Shown here piece after piece: positions 1-9,246 of a stretch of 64,000 bases of DNA. Source of the stretch: Faecousia sp. (GTDB lineage: Bacteria; Bacillota; Clostridia; Oscillospirales; Oscillospiraceae); contig JAZSPV010000060.1 in NCBI GenBank assembly GCA_045537615.1, positions 6,852-70,851 on the forward strand, read 5' to 3'. Position 1 is the stretch's first letter; each line of letters starts with the position of its first letter. The position numbers were made by a program, and so were the translations under genes. The notes beneath the pieces are model-generated. The model saw only the letters and a list, made by a program, of their open reading frames with translations, made no database searches and had not been told where the DNA came from.

Positions 1-1720
1 AAATGCCGTTGTAGCCGTTTAAGGCACCGTCGTTAAGGGTTTGAGAGTGGGTTGTTTCGGCACGATAAAACAGATTGTCCTCCTCACGCTCCTGCATATA
101 ACGGATCATGGACTGCGTATAGGTGGTCCCCCGGGGATAGTCGGAAACGGTAGTGCCTGTAAAGTAGACGCCGAAGTTCACAAGATTCAGCACCAATTCC
201 ATAACCAAAACACTAAGAAGAACGCAACTTATGATGCTGCGATGGACGCGAAGGTTCTTCAGCGCTTTGCGCTTTTCCTCAAAGGAGATATATCTGCCTT
301 GCAGCCGGTAAATGCGTGAGCAGATGACAGTGGTGATATACAGCACCAAAAGTACGCCATTATAAGCCCAATATGCCGGACTTGCTGTTTCCTTCCCAAG
401 GAAGGGGAGGCAGACCGCGGGGATTGCTGCCACAATGACCTGCCACAGCCGGAACCGGTTGCGCAGCAGCCACGCCCGGTATGCCATATACAGCATAACA
501 AAGCTATACAGGAAGCTGAACCGATAGGGGATCATGTTGGTGAAATGGAAACCGTGCCAAATGTAGTCCAGCTGCTTAATAAGAAAGCTGATATTAAAAA
601 GTACCAGCAGCATCACACTGCATATCCGATCTCTTTTTCTCACCTTATTGCAGGTTAAGAACAGGAAAGCAAAGAAATTTGTGAAAACACCGCAGTACAG
701 GTTCGGTAGACCTTCCTTAAAGGTGGGCTCCAGGCAACCGTTCATATTGCCGGCCACTTGGAACATGCCGGTCAGCACAGAGATGATCGGTTTGGAAAAA
801 CCGCTCCAAAGCAAGGGGAATGCTTCTGAATAATTTCCGTTTTCCAGTGCTGCGATTCCGCTGTTCCAGTCAATGTTGTAGCCAGCATATAGGGAACTGT
901 CAACGATGTTTAGCTGGAAGGTTTCCGGGAATTTATTGACACTGGATTGGGTTGTTTGCAATGCGGCATAGGCCGGCAGCTCCAAAAATGCCGTCATGCC
1001 CACAGCAATCAGGGAGTACAGAATAATGGCCAGTAAATCATCCAGGAATTTTCTTATGCCGCCCCAGCGGCAGATTTGGTAGCAAACAAAAAGCAGCACC
1101 ACGAAAATACAGGTAAAAAGGCCAATATAGTAGTTGGAAAGGACAGATAAGAATAGAGAAACGGTATAAAGTACAAATTTTCTTTTTTTCAGTAAGGAGA
1201 CAGCACCCAGGGCCACCAAGGGGAGCAGGGCAAAGGTGTCCAGCCACATCACATTCCACTGATAACCCAGCGCCCAGGCACAAAATGCATAAAGGCAGCC
1301 GAACAGGGCGGTAGAAAGATCCTGCTTTCCGGAGATACCCTTCAAAAAAATGGAGAAGAACAGCCCTGCAAATCCCAGTTTGATGGGAACAAGCAAGGAA
1401 AAATAATGCAGTAGCCATTGTTCCGGCACAAAAACACTCAGCAGATTCAGAGGGGAAGCCAGATAGTAAGAAACCAGTCCAAGGTAATCCATGCCCATAC
1501 CCACAGACCAGTTGTACAACAGACTGTCGCCACTGCGCAGTGCTTTACGGAAAGCAACAAAAAACGGGTAGTACTGGTGGTACATGTCCGAGTAGAGCAT
1601 GGATGTTTTTCCAAAGGGAATGAAGCCCCGTATCAGCATTACGGAAAACATACCCAGAACCGGCAGTAAAAATGCCAGGATTGTATAAAGCCACTTCTTG
1701 TTGTTACGTTCCTGCAGCAA
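1..1720 (-). CDS. yfhO: YfhO-family membrane protein (GT-C-like); 5' part only, runs off the left edge
   Basis: Not in the ORF track. Manual translation of the first ~95 codons from TTG at 1720 (RBS AAGGGGG) gives LQERNNKKWLYTILAFLLPVLGMFSVMLIRGFIPFGKTSMLYSDMYHQYYPFF...LLYNWSVGMGMDYLGLVSYYLASPLNLL, the typical YfhO N-terminus (D..HQY.PF, YYLASP). Continuation to the edge is inferred. Confidence 0.85.
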   Translation of the reverse strand, partial: MLQERNNKKWLYTILAFLLPVLGMFSVMLIRGFIPFGKTSMLYSDMYHQYYPFFVAFRKALRSGDSLLYNWSVGMGMDYLGLVSYYLASPLNLLSVFVPEQWLLHYFSLLVPIKLGFAGLFFSIFLKGISGKQDLSTALFGCLYAFCAWALGYQWNVMWLDTFALLPLVALGAVSLLKKRKFVLYTVSLFLSVLSNYYIGLFTCIFVVLLFVCYQICRWGGIRKFLDDLLAIILYSLIAVGMTAFLELPAYAALQTTQSSVNKFPETFQLNIVDSSLYAGYNIDWNSGIAALENGNYSEAFPLLWSGFSKPIISVLTGMFQVAGNMNGCLEPTFKEGLPNLYCGVFTNFFAFLFLTCNKVRKRDRICSVMLLVLFNISFLIKQLDYIWHGFHFTNMIPYRFSFLYSFVMLYMAYRAWLLRNRFRLWQVIVAAIPAVCLPFLGKETASPAYWAYNGVLLVLYITTVICSRIYRLQGRYISFEEKRKALKNLRVHRSIISCVLLSVLVMELVLNLVNFGVYFTGTTVSDYPRGTTYTQSMIRYMQEREEDNLFYRAETTHSQTLNDGALNGYNGI

Positions 1721-1806
1721 TACGGATACACCCCCTTTTAAAGTCGTTATTATTAGTGTACCACATTATTTACGGGGGGTAAAGGATTTATAAAGAATTA
1801 AATAAA

Positions 1807-1836
1807 AAAAGTGAACCGAAAAATCGGTTCACTTTT
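1807..1836. terminator. intrinsic terminator downstream of spoIVA
   Basis: aaaagtgaaccga-aaaa-tcggttcactttt hairpin with A/T tracts. Confidence 0.8.
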
Positions 1837-1840
1837 GATT

Positions 1841-3304
1841 TCACAGTATCAGACATATCAGTCCGGTAGCACCTTCATTGACGATCCGGGTAAGGCTGCC
1901 GCGGAACTTAGCCCGTACATCCTCCGGTGTCCGAACCAATTTGGCGCTTAGTCCTTCTTGTATCAGCTCGTAAACGGATTTGCCGAAAATATTGCTTTCC
2001 CAAAGCTTTTCCGGTTCTTCGCCGGAAAGGTAAGCAATCAGATCCTGAGATTGCTTTTCATCGCCAACCATGGGGCTGATCTGTGTGTCAATATCAACAC
2101 GGATCATATGAATAGAGGGGGCGCCTGCCCGAAGCTTCACGCCAAAAGCACCGTTCTTACGTACCAACTCCGGCGTTTCCAGCTTCATTTCTGCGGCAGT
2201 GGGCATAACAATGCCATAGCCGGTTGCGTTAACAGATGCAAGAGCATCGGAAATCTTATCATATTCCTTCTTTATGGCAGAAAGCTCAGTCAGCAGGGAA
2301 AGTAACTGTCCGTCGTTTTCAATGGTCATACCGGTCTTAGCGCTGAGTATCTCATAGAACAGCCCCTCCGGGAAACCGAGGGCGCATATAACTGTGCCGG
2401 AGCCAAGGTCGATCTTTCGGATGGAAAAGTCCAACACTTGCTCCAGTTCTCGAATCTTCTCCAGTGTTGTCTCGGCCTGGGCCAGGGAGGAAATCTCTTC
2501 TGCGCGCCGGATGAAGGCTTCGTAAAGGGCGGCTTTTACGGGATGATCCGGTTCCAGTGCATCCATCCAACGGGGCAAATGTACATGTAGCTGCTGCATG
2601 GGGAATGCGTATAAAAGCTGTTGCAGCAGATTACCGATCTGTGGGGTGCTCAATGACTGACAGTCGGCGGTAACCGGGGTGATTCCGAAGGTCTGCTGTA
2701 GATATTCCTTCACGGCCTGTGCGCTCTGTCCGCCGGGATCCCGGCTATTGATGACTACAAGAAATGGCTTTCCTGTCAGCTTCATATCCGTGATTGCACG
2801 CCTCTCAGCGTCAATGTAGTCGCTACGGGGGATGTCGGTGATCGTGCCGTCTGTAGTGACCACCATACCGATAGAGCAGTGTTCATCCATAACCTTCTTA
2901 GTGCCCAATTCAGCGGCTTCTGTCATAGGAATCTCATAGTCGTACCAGGGTGTAGTGACCATTCGTGGAACCCCGTCCTCATCAGCACCTACGGCACCGT
3001 CTACCATATACCCCACGGAATCGATCATCCGTACCCTCAGGTTTGTAGTACCGTCCGGTGATATCTCTACAGCCTCTTCCGGCACAAATTTGGGTTCGCT
3101 TGTCATGATGGTCTTACCGGAACCGCTTTGGGGAAGCTCATCGCGAGCACGCTCCTTGCGGTAGGGATCCTCAATACAGGGGATGACAAGTTCTTCCATG
3201 ATTCTCTTAATCAGCGTAGATTTTCCTGTTCGCACAGGACCCACAACACCAATGTAAATATTGCCCCCTGTGCGAGCGGCAATGTCAGCGTAAATGTTAT
3301 CCAT
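1841..3304 (-). CDS. spoIVA: stage IV sporulation protein A
   Basis: IYADIAARTGGNIYIGVVGPVRTGKSTLIKR, RARDELPQSGSGKTIMTSEPKF; C-terminal GLICLIL. Confidence 0.98.
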   Translation of the reverse strand: MDNIYADIAARTGGNIYIGVVGPVRTGKSTLIKRIMEELVIPCIEDPYRKERARDELPQSGSGKTIMTSEPKFVPEEAVEISPDGTTNLRVRMIDSVGYMVDGAVGADEDGVPRMVTTPWYDYEIPMTEAAELGTKKVMDEHCSIGMVVTTDGTITDIPRSDYIDAERRAITDMKLTGKPFLVVINSRDPGGQSAQAVKEYLQQTFGITPVTADCQSLSTPQIGNLLQQLLYAFPMQQLHVHLPRWMDALEPDHPVKAALYEAFIRRAEEISSLAQAETTLEKIRELEQVLDFSIRKIDLGSGTVICALGFPEGLFYEILSAKTGMTIENDGQLLSLLTELSAIKKEYDKISDALASVNATGYGIVMPTAAEMKLETPELVRKNGAFGVKLRAGAPSIHMIRVDIDTQISPMVGDEKQSQDLIAYLSGEEPEKLWESNIFGKSVYELIQEGLSAKLVRTPEDVRAKFRGSLTRIVNEGATGLICLIL

Positions 3305-3332
3305 AGCCAGCCTCCTTTTTGCGGTTTATTCA

Positions 3333-3361
3333 AAGGTATGTCCGGATGTAAGAAAATAGAA
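3333..3361 (-). promoter_or_regulatory. putative sigma-E promoter of spoIVA
   Basis: Minus strand reads TTCTATT-N14-CATACCTT; spoIVA is an established SigE target. Confidence 0.55.
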
Positions 3362-3485
3362 CAGATCAGCGGCCGATCATTTGGATGAAGAGCGGCAGAG
3401 TCTGCAATTTTTATGAAAATAACATTTGACAAATTGCATAAAACCCTATATAATATCTAGGCACGACTATGAAGAGGGGGATACT

Positions 3486-3986
3486 ATGCGACTGGGACTG
3501 TCTGATATTATGCACAACCCCGGCGCCAGCATCACTTTTTCTGACAGTGTGGATCTAAGCGATCTTCTGTACGGAACCTGCTACCCGGTCAGCGAGCCAG
3601 TCAGCATTGCCGGCACAGTACGCAACACGGCCGATGTGCTGATGATGAAAGGCACGATCACCACATGCCTGCATGGCGTGTGTGACCGTTGTGCTGCTGA
3701 ATTCACTCAGGATGTAGAAATTCCTGTGGATGTGGTTTTGGTAGAGGAACTGTCCAACGAGGATAGTGAAGATGAATGGGTATTCCCTCTAGAGGCGGAT
3801 ACTGCAGATTTGGATGAGATTGTGCGGACAGTGTTCGTGCTGAATATGGACTCCAAGCTGCTGTGCAGTCCGGAATGCAAGGGTTTGTGCTGCCGTTGCG
3901 GCAAGAACCTGAATGACGGTCCCTGCGGCTGCCAAAAGGAACCGGATCCCCGTTTTGCTGCTTTACGGCAGCTTCTCGATAAGTAA
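3486..3986 (+). CDS. yceD: YceD/DUF177 family protein
   Basis: CDRC and LCSPECKGLCCRCGKNLN...DPRFAAL motifs; lies upstream of rpmF; ATG 3486 follows RBS GAGGGGG. Confidence 0.92.
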   Translation: MRLGLSDIMHNPGASITFSDSVDLSDLLYGTCYPVSEPVSIAGTVRNTADVLMMKGTITTCLHGVCDRCAAEFTQDVEIPVDVVLVEELSNEDSEDEWVFPLEADTADLDEIVRTVFVLNMDSKLLCSPECKGLCCRCGKNLNDGPCGCQKEPDPRFAALRQLLDK

Positions 3987-4032
3987 GTATAAGAAATGCT
4001 GTCAAAGCAGATTAACCAAGGAGGTGTCATCC

Positions 4033-4218
4033 ATGGCTGTCCCTAAGTGTAAAGTGTCCAAGGCCCGTCGCGATAAGCGCCGCGGTTCCAACTGGAAGCT
4101 GGCTGCTCCCAGCGTAGCAGTTTGCTCCAAGTGCGGTGAGCCCGTCATGCCTCACAGAGCTTGCAAGGCTTGCGGTAATTACAACGGTCGTCAGGTTCTG
4201 GCTGCCAAGGCTGACTAA
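4033..4218 (+). CDS. rpmF: 50S ribosomal protein L32 (Zn-ribbon form)
   Basis: MAVPKCKVSKARRDKRR...CSKC...PHRACKACGNY; RBS GGAGGTG. Confidence 0.97.
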   Translation: MAVPKCKVSKARRDKRRGSNWKLAAPSVAVCSKCGEPVMPHRACKACGNYNGRQVLAAKAD

Positions 4219-4347
4219 GGCAGGAAAATGCGTAAGCAAGGGGAAGGCGTTGCCTTCCTCTTTTTCCGTATTGTCAGGAAAATCTTGATTTGCGCAAAAT
4301 TTTGTGACATAATATATTTAATATGCCTGAGGAGAGGAGTGAAGACC

Positions 4348-5679
4348 ATGGCAAAGCCCTTGGTTGCAATTGTTGGTCGGCCTAATGTGGGTAAATCCAT
4401 GTTGTTTAATAAACTTACCGGGCAAAGAACCTCTATTGTTGAGGACACCCCTGGCGTTACCCGCGATCGGATCTATGGGGATTGTGAGTGGTGCGGCCGC
4501 CAATTTTTACTGGTGGACACCGGCGGTATCGAGCCGGGTACCGATAGTGATATGCTTAAGTTTATGCGCCGCCAGGCGGAGATCGGTATTGAACTGGCTG
4601 ATTGTATTGTGATGGTTACAGATGTCCGCACCGGCGTTACAGCGGCGGACGTAGATGTGGCGACCATGTTGCGTAAATCCGGAAAACCTGTGGCCCTTGC
4701 GGTGAACAAGTGTGATTCCGTTGGACCGGTGAATCCGGATGTCTATGAATTCTACGGACTGGGTATCGGAGATCTGTTTGAGGTATCTGCAGTCCATGGT
4801 CACGGTACTGGTGATTTGCTGGACTGGTGTTTGGAGAACATGCCTGATGCAGAGGAAGAGGAAGAAGATGACGGCACTATTAAGGTGGCTATTGTTGGTA
4901 AACCCAACGTTGGCAAGTCCAGTCTGCTGAACCGGATATTGGGTGAAGAGCGCGTGATCGTATCCAATATAGCCGGTACGACCCGTGATGCTATCGACTC
5001 CGACTTTGAAAACGAGACCGGAAAGTATTGCTTTATTGACACCGCCGGTATGCGCCGGAAGAGCAAGGTCGATGACATGATCGAGCGTTATTCCAATATG
5101 CGCACCATCAATGCCATTGAACGTGCCGATGTGTGCTTGATTTTGGTGGATGCCAATGACGGTGTTACAGAGCAGGATACCAAGATTGCAGGACTTGTCC
5201 ATGAGGCTGGCAAGGCTGCCATTATCGTTGTTAATAAGTGGGACGCGGTGGAGGACAAGGAAACCAACACCATGCGCGATAAGGAAGCGGCTGTTCGTGA
5301 CGGCTTGAGCTACATGACTTATGCACCGGTGGTTTTCCTGTCTGCATTGACCGGACAGCGCGTAGATAAGCTGTTTTCTGTTATTCAGGAGGTCTACGCA
5401 CAGAACACCAGCCGTATCACAACCGGCGCATTGAACAGCATTCTTGCGGAGGCAACCTCCCGTGTGCAGCCGCCTACCGATAAGGGCCGCCGTTTGAAGA
5501 TCTATTATATGACCCAGGCCAGCACAAAGCCCCCTCATTTTGTGATTTTCTGCAACGATGCCCGGCTTTTTCACTTCTCTTATCAGCGGTATCTGGAGAA
5601 TCAAATTCGGGATGTGTTCGGGCTGAAGGGCACGCCTGTCCGCATTACCATCCGTCAAAAGGGCGATAAGGAGGAATAA
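4348..5679 (+). CDS. der: ribosome biogenesis GTPase Der
   Basis: Two G domains (GRPNVGKS, GKPNVGKS), PGVTRDR, C-terminal KH-like domain; ATG 4348 follows RBS GAGGAG. Confidence 0.98.
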   Translation: MAKPLVAIVGRPNVGKSMLFNKLTGQRTSIVEDTPGVTRDRIYGDCEWCGRQFLLVDTGGIEPGTDSDMLKFMRRQAEIGIELADCIVMVTDVRTGVTAADVDVATMLRKSGKPVALAVNKCDSVGPVNPDVYEFYGLGIGDLFEVSAVHGHGTGDLLDWCLENMPDAEEEEEDDGTIKVAIVGKPNVGKSSLLNRILGEERVIVSNIAGTTRDAIDSDFENETGKYCFIDTAGMRRKSKVDDMIERYSNMRTINAIERADVCLILVDANDGVTEQDTKIAGLVHEAGKAAIIVVNKWDAVEDKETNTMRDKEAAVRDGLSYMTYAPVVFLSALTGQRVDKLFSVIQEVYAQNTSRITTGALNSILAEATSRVQPPTDKGRRLKIYYMTQASTKPPHFVIFCNDARLFHFSYQRYLENQIRDVFGLKGTPVRITIRQKGDKEE

Positions 5680-5681
5680 CC

Positions 5682-6308
5682 ATGTGGTTTTGGATCTTTG
5701 CTGCCATATCCGTGATTGCCGGTTATTTGATTGGCAATCTGAACGGCGCTGTTTGTGTATCCCGTCTGATGGGTGATGATGTGCGCAAGCATGGCAGCGG
5801 AAATGCCGGTCTTACCAACTTTATCCGTAACTATGGTGCTGGACGATCGCTTATGGTAATCGTCATCGACGCAGGGAAGGCTGTTGTAGCCTGCTTGCTG
5901 GGTGGCTTGCTGCTCAGCAGGTATATCGGTTACCAGGCCGGCGCGGCGTTGGGCGGTGCGGCAGTTATGCTGGGACATGTATTTCCTGTGTTTCTGAAAT
6001 TTCGCGGCGGCAAGGGAATCCTCAGCGGCTTGTTTATTGCTGTGTGTATAGATTTGCGTATCGCGGCGTTGATTTTAGCGGTATTTGCACTGTTCTATCT
6101 GACAACCCAATATGTTTCCCTTGGCTCCGTTCTTGCAGCTATCACCTTTGCTGTCGGTTTTGTGGTATTCCATTATGATAACCTGCCGGTGATGCTCTGC
6201 GGCGTCTTTATGGGTTTCCTGGCTACTTTTATGCACAGGCAGAATATCGTCCGATTGCTTAAGGGACAGGAGCGCAAGACAAATCTTTTCAAAAAAGAAA
6301 AAGAATAA
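5682..6308 (+). CDS. plsY: glycerol-3-phosphate acyltransferase PlsY
   Basis: DVRKHGSGNAGLTN, GHVFPVFLKFRGGKG, HRQNIVRL motifs; follows der. Confidence 0.95.
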   Translation: MWFWIFAAISVIAGYLIGNLNGAVCVSRLMGDDVRKHGSGNAGLTNFIRNYGAGRSLMVIVIDAGKAVVACLLGGLLLSRYIGYQAGAALGGAAVMLGHVFPVFLKFRGGKGILSGLFIAVCIDLRIAALILAVFALFYLTTQYVSLGSVLAAITFAVGFVVFHYDNLPVMLCGVFMGFLATFMHRQNIVRLLKGQERKTNLFKKEKE

Positions 6309-6310
6309 AA

Positions 6311-6386
6311 AAGACCTCCGGCTATGCACTGCTGCGATGCCGGAGGTTTTGCTAACAAAAAACGCCATTGCGAAAAGCAATGGCGT
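6311..6386. terminator. two terminator hairpins between convergent plsY and rpmB
   Basis: gacctccggc...gccggaggtttt (6311-6350) and acgccattgc-gaaaa-gcaatggcgt (6362-6386). Confidence 0.7.
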
Positions 6387-6402
6387 AATTGGTTGCTTGG
6401 AA

Positions 6403-6591
6403 TTAAACAGCCCGCTCAACCTTGTTAGAACGGAGGCATCTGGTACAAGCGTACACATGGCACGGAGTACCGTTCACAATGGCCTTGACCCGCTTAACAT
6501 TGGGCTTCCAGGTTCTGTTGGAACGTCTGTGGGAGTGGGAAACCTTAATACCAAAGGTAACGCCCTTGCCACAATAATCACACTTCGCCAT
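6403..6591 (-). CDS. rpmB: 50S ribosomal protein L28
   Basis: MAKCDYCGKGVTFGIKVSHSHRRSNRTWKPN...CTRCLRS. Confidence 0.98.
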   Translation of the reverse strand: MAKCDYCGKGVTFGIKVSHSHRRSNRTWKPNVKRVKAIVNGTPCHVYACTRCLRSNKVERAV

Positions 6592-6770
6592 TCACTGCAC
6601 CTCCTATCTGAAATAATCACTCAAAAACTACGCCCCAAAACAGGCGCTTTGATATGATACCAAAGTTTGCAGAAAAAAGCAAGTGTTTTTTTGGAAAAAT
6701 TTTAGTTTTTTAAATAAATGTTGATATTCGGTGGTGAGGCTTGTATAATGGATGCAAGAGGTGAGCAAGA

Positions 6771-7718
6771 ATGTTTGATATTCACAGCGTGCCCCTGACC
6801 ACATTGGTACAGGAATTTGGATTGGATGTGGCCTTTGCAGCCACAGATTATGATAAGATCCGCCTGACGGTAGAAGACGTAGCCCGTCCTGGTTTGCAGT
6901 TGGCCGGTTACTATGACCATTTTGAGCCTATGCGCTTGCAGGTCATGGGAAATGCGGAGATCAGCTATCTGCAGAAGTTGACTGACGAGGAGCGATCCGC
7001 AACCTTTGACCGTCTGTTTTCCTATAAGTTTCCTGCCTTGCTGATCTCCCGTAATTTTGTGCCGGGACCCCAGTGTATGGAAATGGCAAAAAAGCATAAT
7101 GTAACGGTTTTGCGCAGTAAGGATGCCACCAGTACGGTGGTTTCCGATATCATTGCCTACCTGAAGGAGGCGCTGGCACCTTGCATTACCCGTCACGGTG
7201 TACTTATGGAAGTCTACGGTGAGGGCCTGTTGCTTTTGGGAGAGAGCGGTATCGGAAAAAGTGAAGCGGCTGTGGAGCTTTTAAAGCGCGGACACCGGCT
7301 CATCGCGGATGATGCGGTTGAGATCCGGAAGATTTCAGAAAGTTCCCTTGTTGGCACTGCACCCAACCTGATACGCAATTATGTGGAGCTGCGCGGAATT
7401 GGTATTATCAATGTGGCAAAGCTTTTTGGTATGGGCGCCGTCAAAGCAGAAAATCTGATCGACCTTGTTGTAAATATCGTGCCGTGGGACCAACAGAAGG
7501 TCTATGACCGACTGGGCCTTGAGGATCAGTACATGGAAATTCTCGGTGTACAAATTCCCATGAATACTATTCCCATCACCCCAGGCAGAAATCTGGCGGT
7601 GATTTTAGAGGTTGCTGCTATGAATAACCGCCAGCGGAAAATGGGCTATAACCCTGCTCAGGAGTTTACAGAGCAGATGGACAGCCACTTTGCCCAAGCC
7701 CAGGACGAGAGCGTATAA
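6771..7718 (+). CDS. hprK: HPr(Ser) kinase/phosphorylase
   Basis: RPGLQLAG, HGVLMEVYGEG, GESGIGKSE, HRLIADD, PGRNLA motifs. Confidence 0.97.
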   Translation: MFDIHSVPLTTLVQEFGLDVAFAATDYDKIRLTVEDVARPGLQLAGYYDHFEPMRLQVMGNAEISYLQKLTDEERSATFDRLFSYKFPALLISRNFVPGPQCMEMAKKHNVTVLRSKDATSTVVSDIIAYLKEALAPCITRHGVLMEVYGEGLLLLGESGIGKSEAAVELLKRGHRLIADDAVEIRKISESSLVGTAPNLIRNYVELRGIGIINVAKLFGMGAVKAENLIDLVVNIVPWDQQKVYDRLGLEDQYMEILGVQIPMNTIPITPGRNLAVILEVAAMNNRQRKMGYNPAQEFTEQMDSHFAQAQDESV

Positions 7719-7719
7719 T

Positions 7720-8685
7720 ATGAAGGAATTTACTATCGGTGCCAATGATGCAGGTCAGCGACTGGATCGTTTTTTGGCAAAAGCAGTCCCGCTGCTTCCT
7801 GCGTCCCTGGCACAAAAATATATCCGCATCAAGCGTATAAAGTGTAACGGCGCAAGAGCCGAACGGGATACCCGGCTAAAGGAAGGGGATCTGCTGCAGC
7901 TTTATATCAACGATGAATTTTTCGACAAGCCTCGGGAGGATAATGCCTATCTGACCGTTGCAACCCCTAAGCTGAACATTGTCTATGAGGACGAGAACAT
8001 CCTGCTGGTGGACAAGCGGCCGGGTCTTGCTGTCCATCCCCACGATGGCGCGGAGTACGGCAGAACGTTGATTGACCACATCCAGGCATACCTCTATCAA
8101 AAAAGGGAGTGGAGCCCCAGAGGGGAGAATTCCTTCACCCCGGCCCTGTGTAACCGCATTGACCGGAATACCGGCGGTATTGTGATTGCTGCGAAAACAG
8201 CCGAGGCACTGCGCGTGATGAACCAAAAGATCAAGGACCGGGAAATGGACAAGCGCTATCTTGCTATTGTAGAGGGAACGCCTAAGCCGCCCAAAGGCAG
8301 CCTGAAGGGCTACTTGTTTAAAGACACCAAGAAAAACCGGGTGTATGTCAGTGACAAACCCCAACCGGGGAGTAAGAGCTGCCAGACCAATTATATTACC
8401 TTAGCCAGCCAAAAGGGTCTTTCCTTGGTGGAATGCGAGCTGATTACCGGCAGAACCCACCAAATCCGCGCCCAATTCGCCCACGCAGGCCATCCGCTGT
8501 TGGGCGACGGTAAATACGGAAAACTGGACAAGCGATACGACCGTAATTATCAGGCTCTTTATTCCTATAAGCTGACCTTTGCCTTTACCACCGATGCCGG
8601 AAGCCTTTCTTATTTGAATGGCAAAACCTTCCGTGTGGAGAAGGTAGATTTTGTAGAAGAGTACTTTCCTGGCTTTCGAATTTGA
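7720..8685 (+). CDS. RluA/RluC/RluD-family RNA pseudouridine synthase
   Basis: S4 domain (GQRLDRFL), NRIDRNTGG with catalytic Asp, TGRTHQIR, GDGKYG. Confidence 0.93.
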   Translation: MKEFTIGANDAGQRLDRFLAKAVPLLPASLAQKYIRIKRIKCNGARAERDTRLKEGDLLQLYINDEFFDKPREDNAYLTVATPKLNIVYEDENILLVDKRPGLAVHPHDGAEYGRTLIDHIQAYLYQKREWSPRGENSFTPALCNRIDRNTGGIVIAAKTAEALRVMNQKIKDREMDKRYLAIVEGTPKPPKGSLKGYLFKDTKKNRVYVSDKPQPGSKSCQTNYITLASQKGLSLVECELITGRTHQIRAQFAHAGHPLLGDGKYGKLDKRYDRNYQALYSYKLTFAFTTDAGSLSYLNGKTFRVEKVDFVEEYFPGFRI

Positions 8686-8738
8686 GAAACATTATTTAGG
8701 GAAGCATAAAAAGTGGGATTAACCCTTCAATATTCAAA

Positions 8739-8772
8739 CGCCACACTGCATTACACCGCAGTGTGGCGTTTT
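8739..8772 (+). terminator. terminator hairpin, copy 1 of a duplicated hairpin
   Basis: cgccacactgc-attacacc-gcagtgtggcg-tttt. Confidence 0.7.
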
Positions 8773-8816
8773 GCTATCATAACCTGTTAAAAAGGTTGAA
8801 GGAATAAATTTGTCTA

Positions 8817-8868
8817 TTGACAAATAGGTTTACAAGTTGTAGAATAAAAATGGTCTACAAAGTGTAAA
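8817..8868 (+). promoter_or_regulatory. sigma-A promoter with two BlaI/CopY-type operators
   Basis: TTGACA(8817)-N17-TAGAAT(8840); palindromes TTTACAagtTGTAGA (8829-8843) and TCTACAaagTGTAAA (8854-8868). Confidence 0.75.
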
Positions 8869-8882
8869 ACGGAGGCGATACA

Positions 8883-9242
8883 ATGATTGATATAAGGATG
8901 GGCGAGGTAGAATCTCGTTTTGCCGACATTATTTGGGAGAATGGGCCCATAAACTCCGGTGTATTGGCACAGCTTGCGGAGGAGAAGCTTGGTTGGAAGA
9001 AATCAACTACCTATACCATACTGAAACGTTTTTGCCAAAAAGGTATTTTTCAAAATGAAAAAGGTGTGGTATCTGCATTGGTAAGCAAGGAAGAATTCCG
9101 GGCTTTACAAAGCGAGAAGATTGTTGAGGAATCCTTTGGTGGCTCGCTGCCTGCTTTTTTAGCAGCCTTCAGTTCCCGGAAGAAGCTGTCCGAGGATGAG
9201 ATCGCGCAGCTGCAAAGGGTGATTGATTCTATGAGGGGGTGA
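8883..9242 (+). CDS. BlaI/MecI/CopY-family transcriptional repressor
   Basis: E..FADIIWENGP...WKKSTTYTILKRFCQKG...FGGSLPAFLAAF...LSEDEI. Confidence 0.93.
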   Translation: MIDIRMGEVESRFADIIWENGPINSGVLAQLAEEKLGWKKSTTYTILKRFCQKGIFQNEKGVVSALVSKEEFRALQSEKIVEESFGGSLPAFLAAFSSRKKLSEDEIAQLQRVIDSMRG

Positions 9243-9246
9243 GGGA

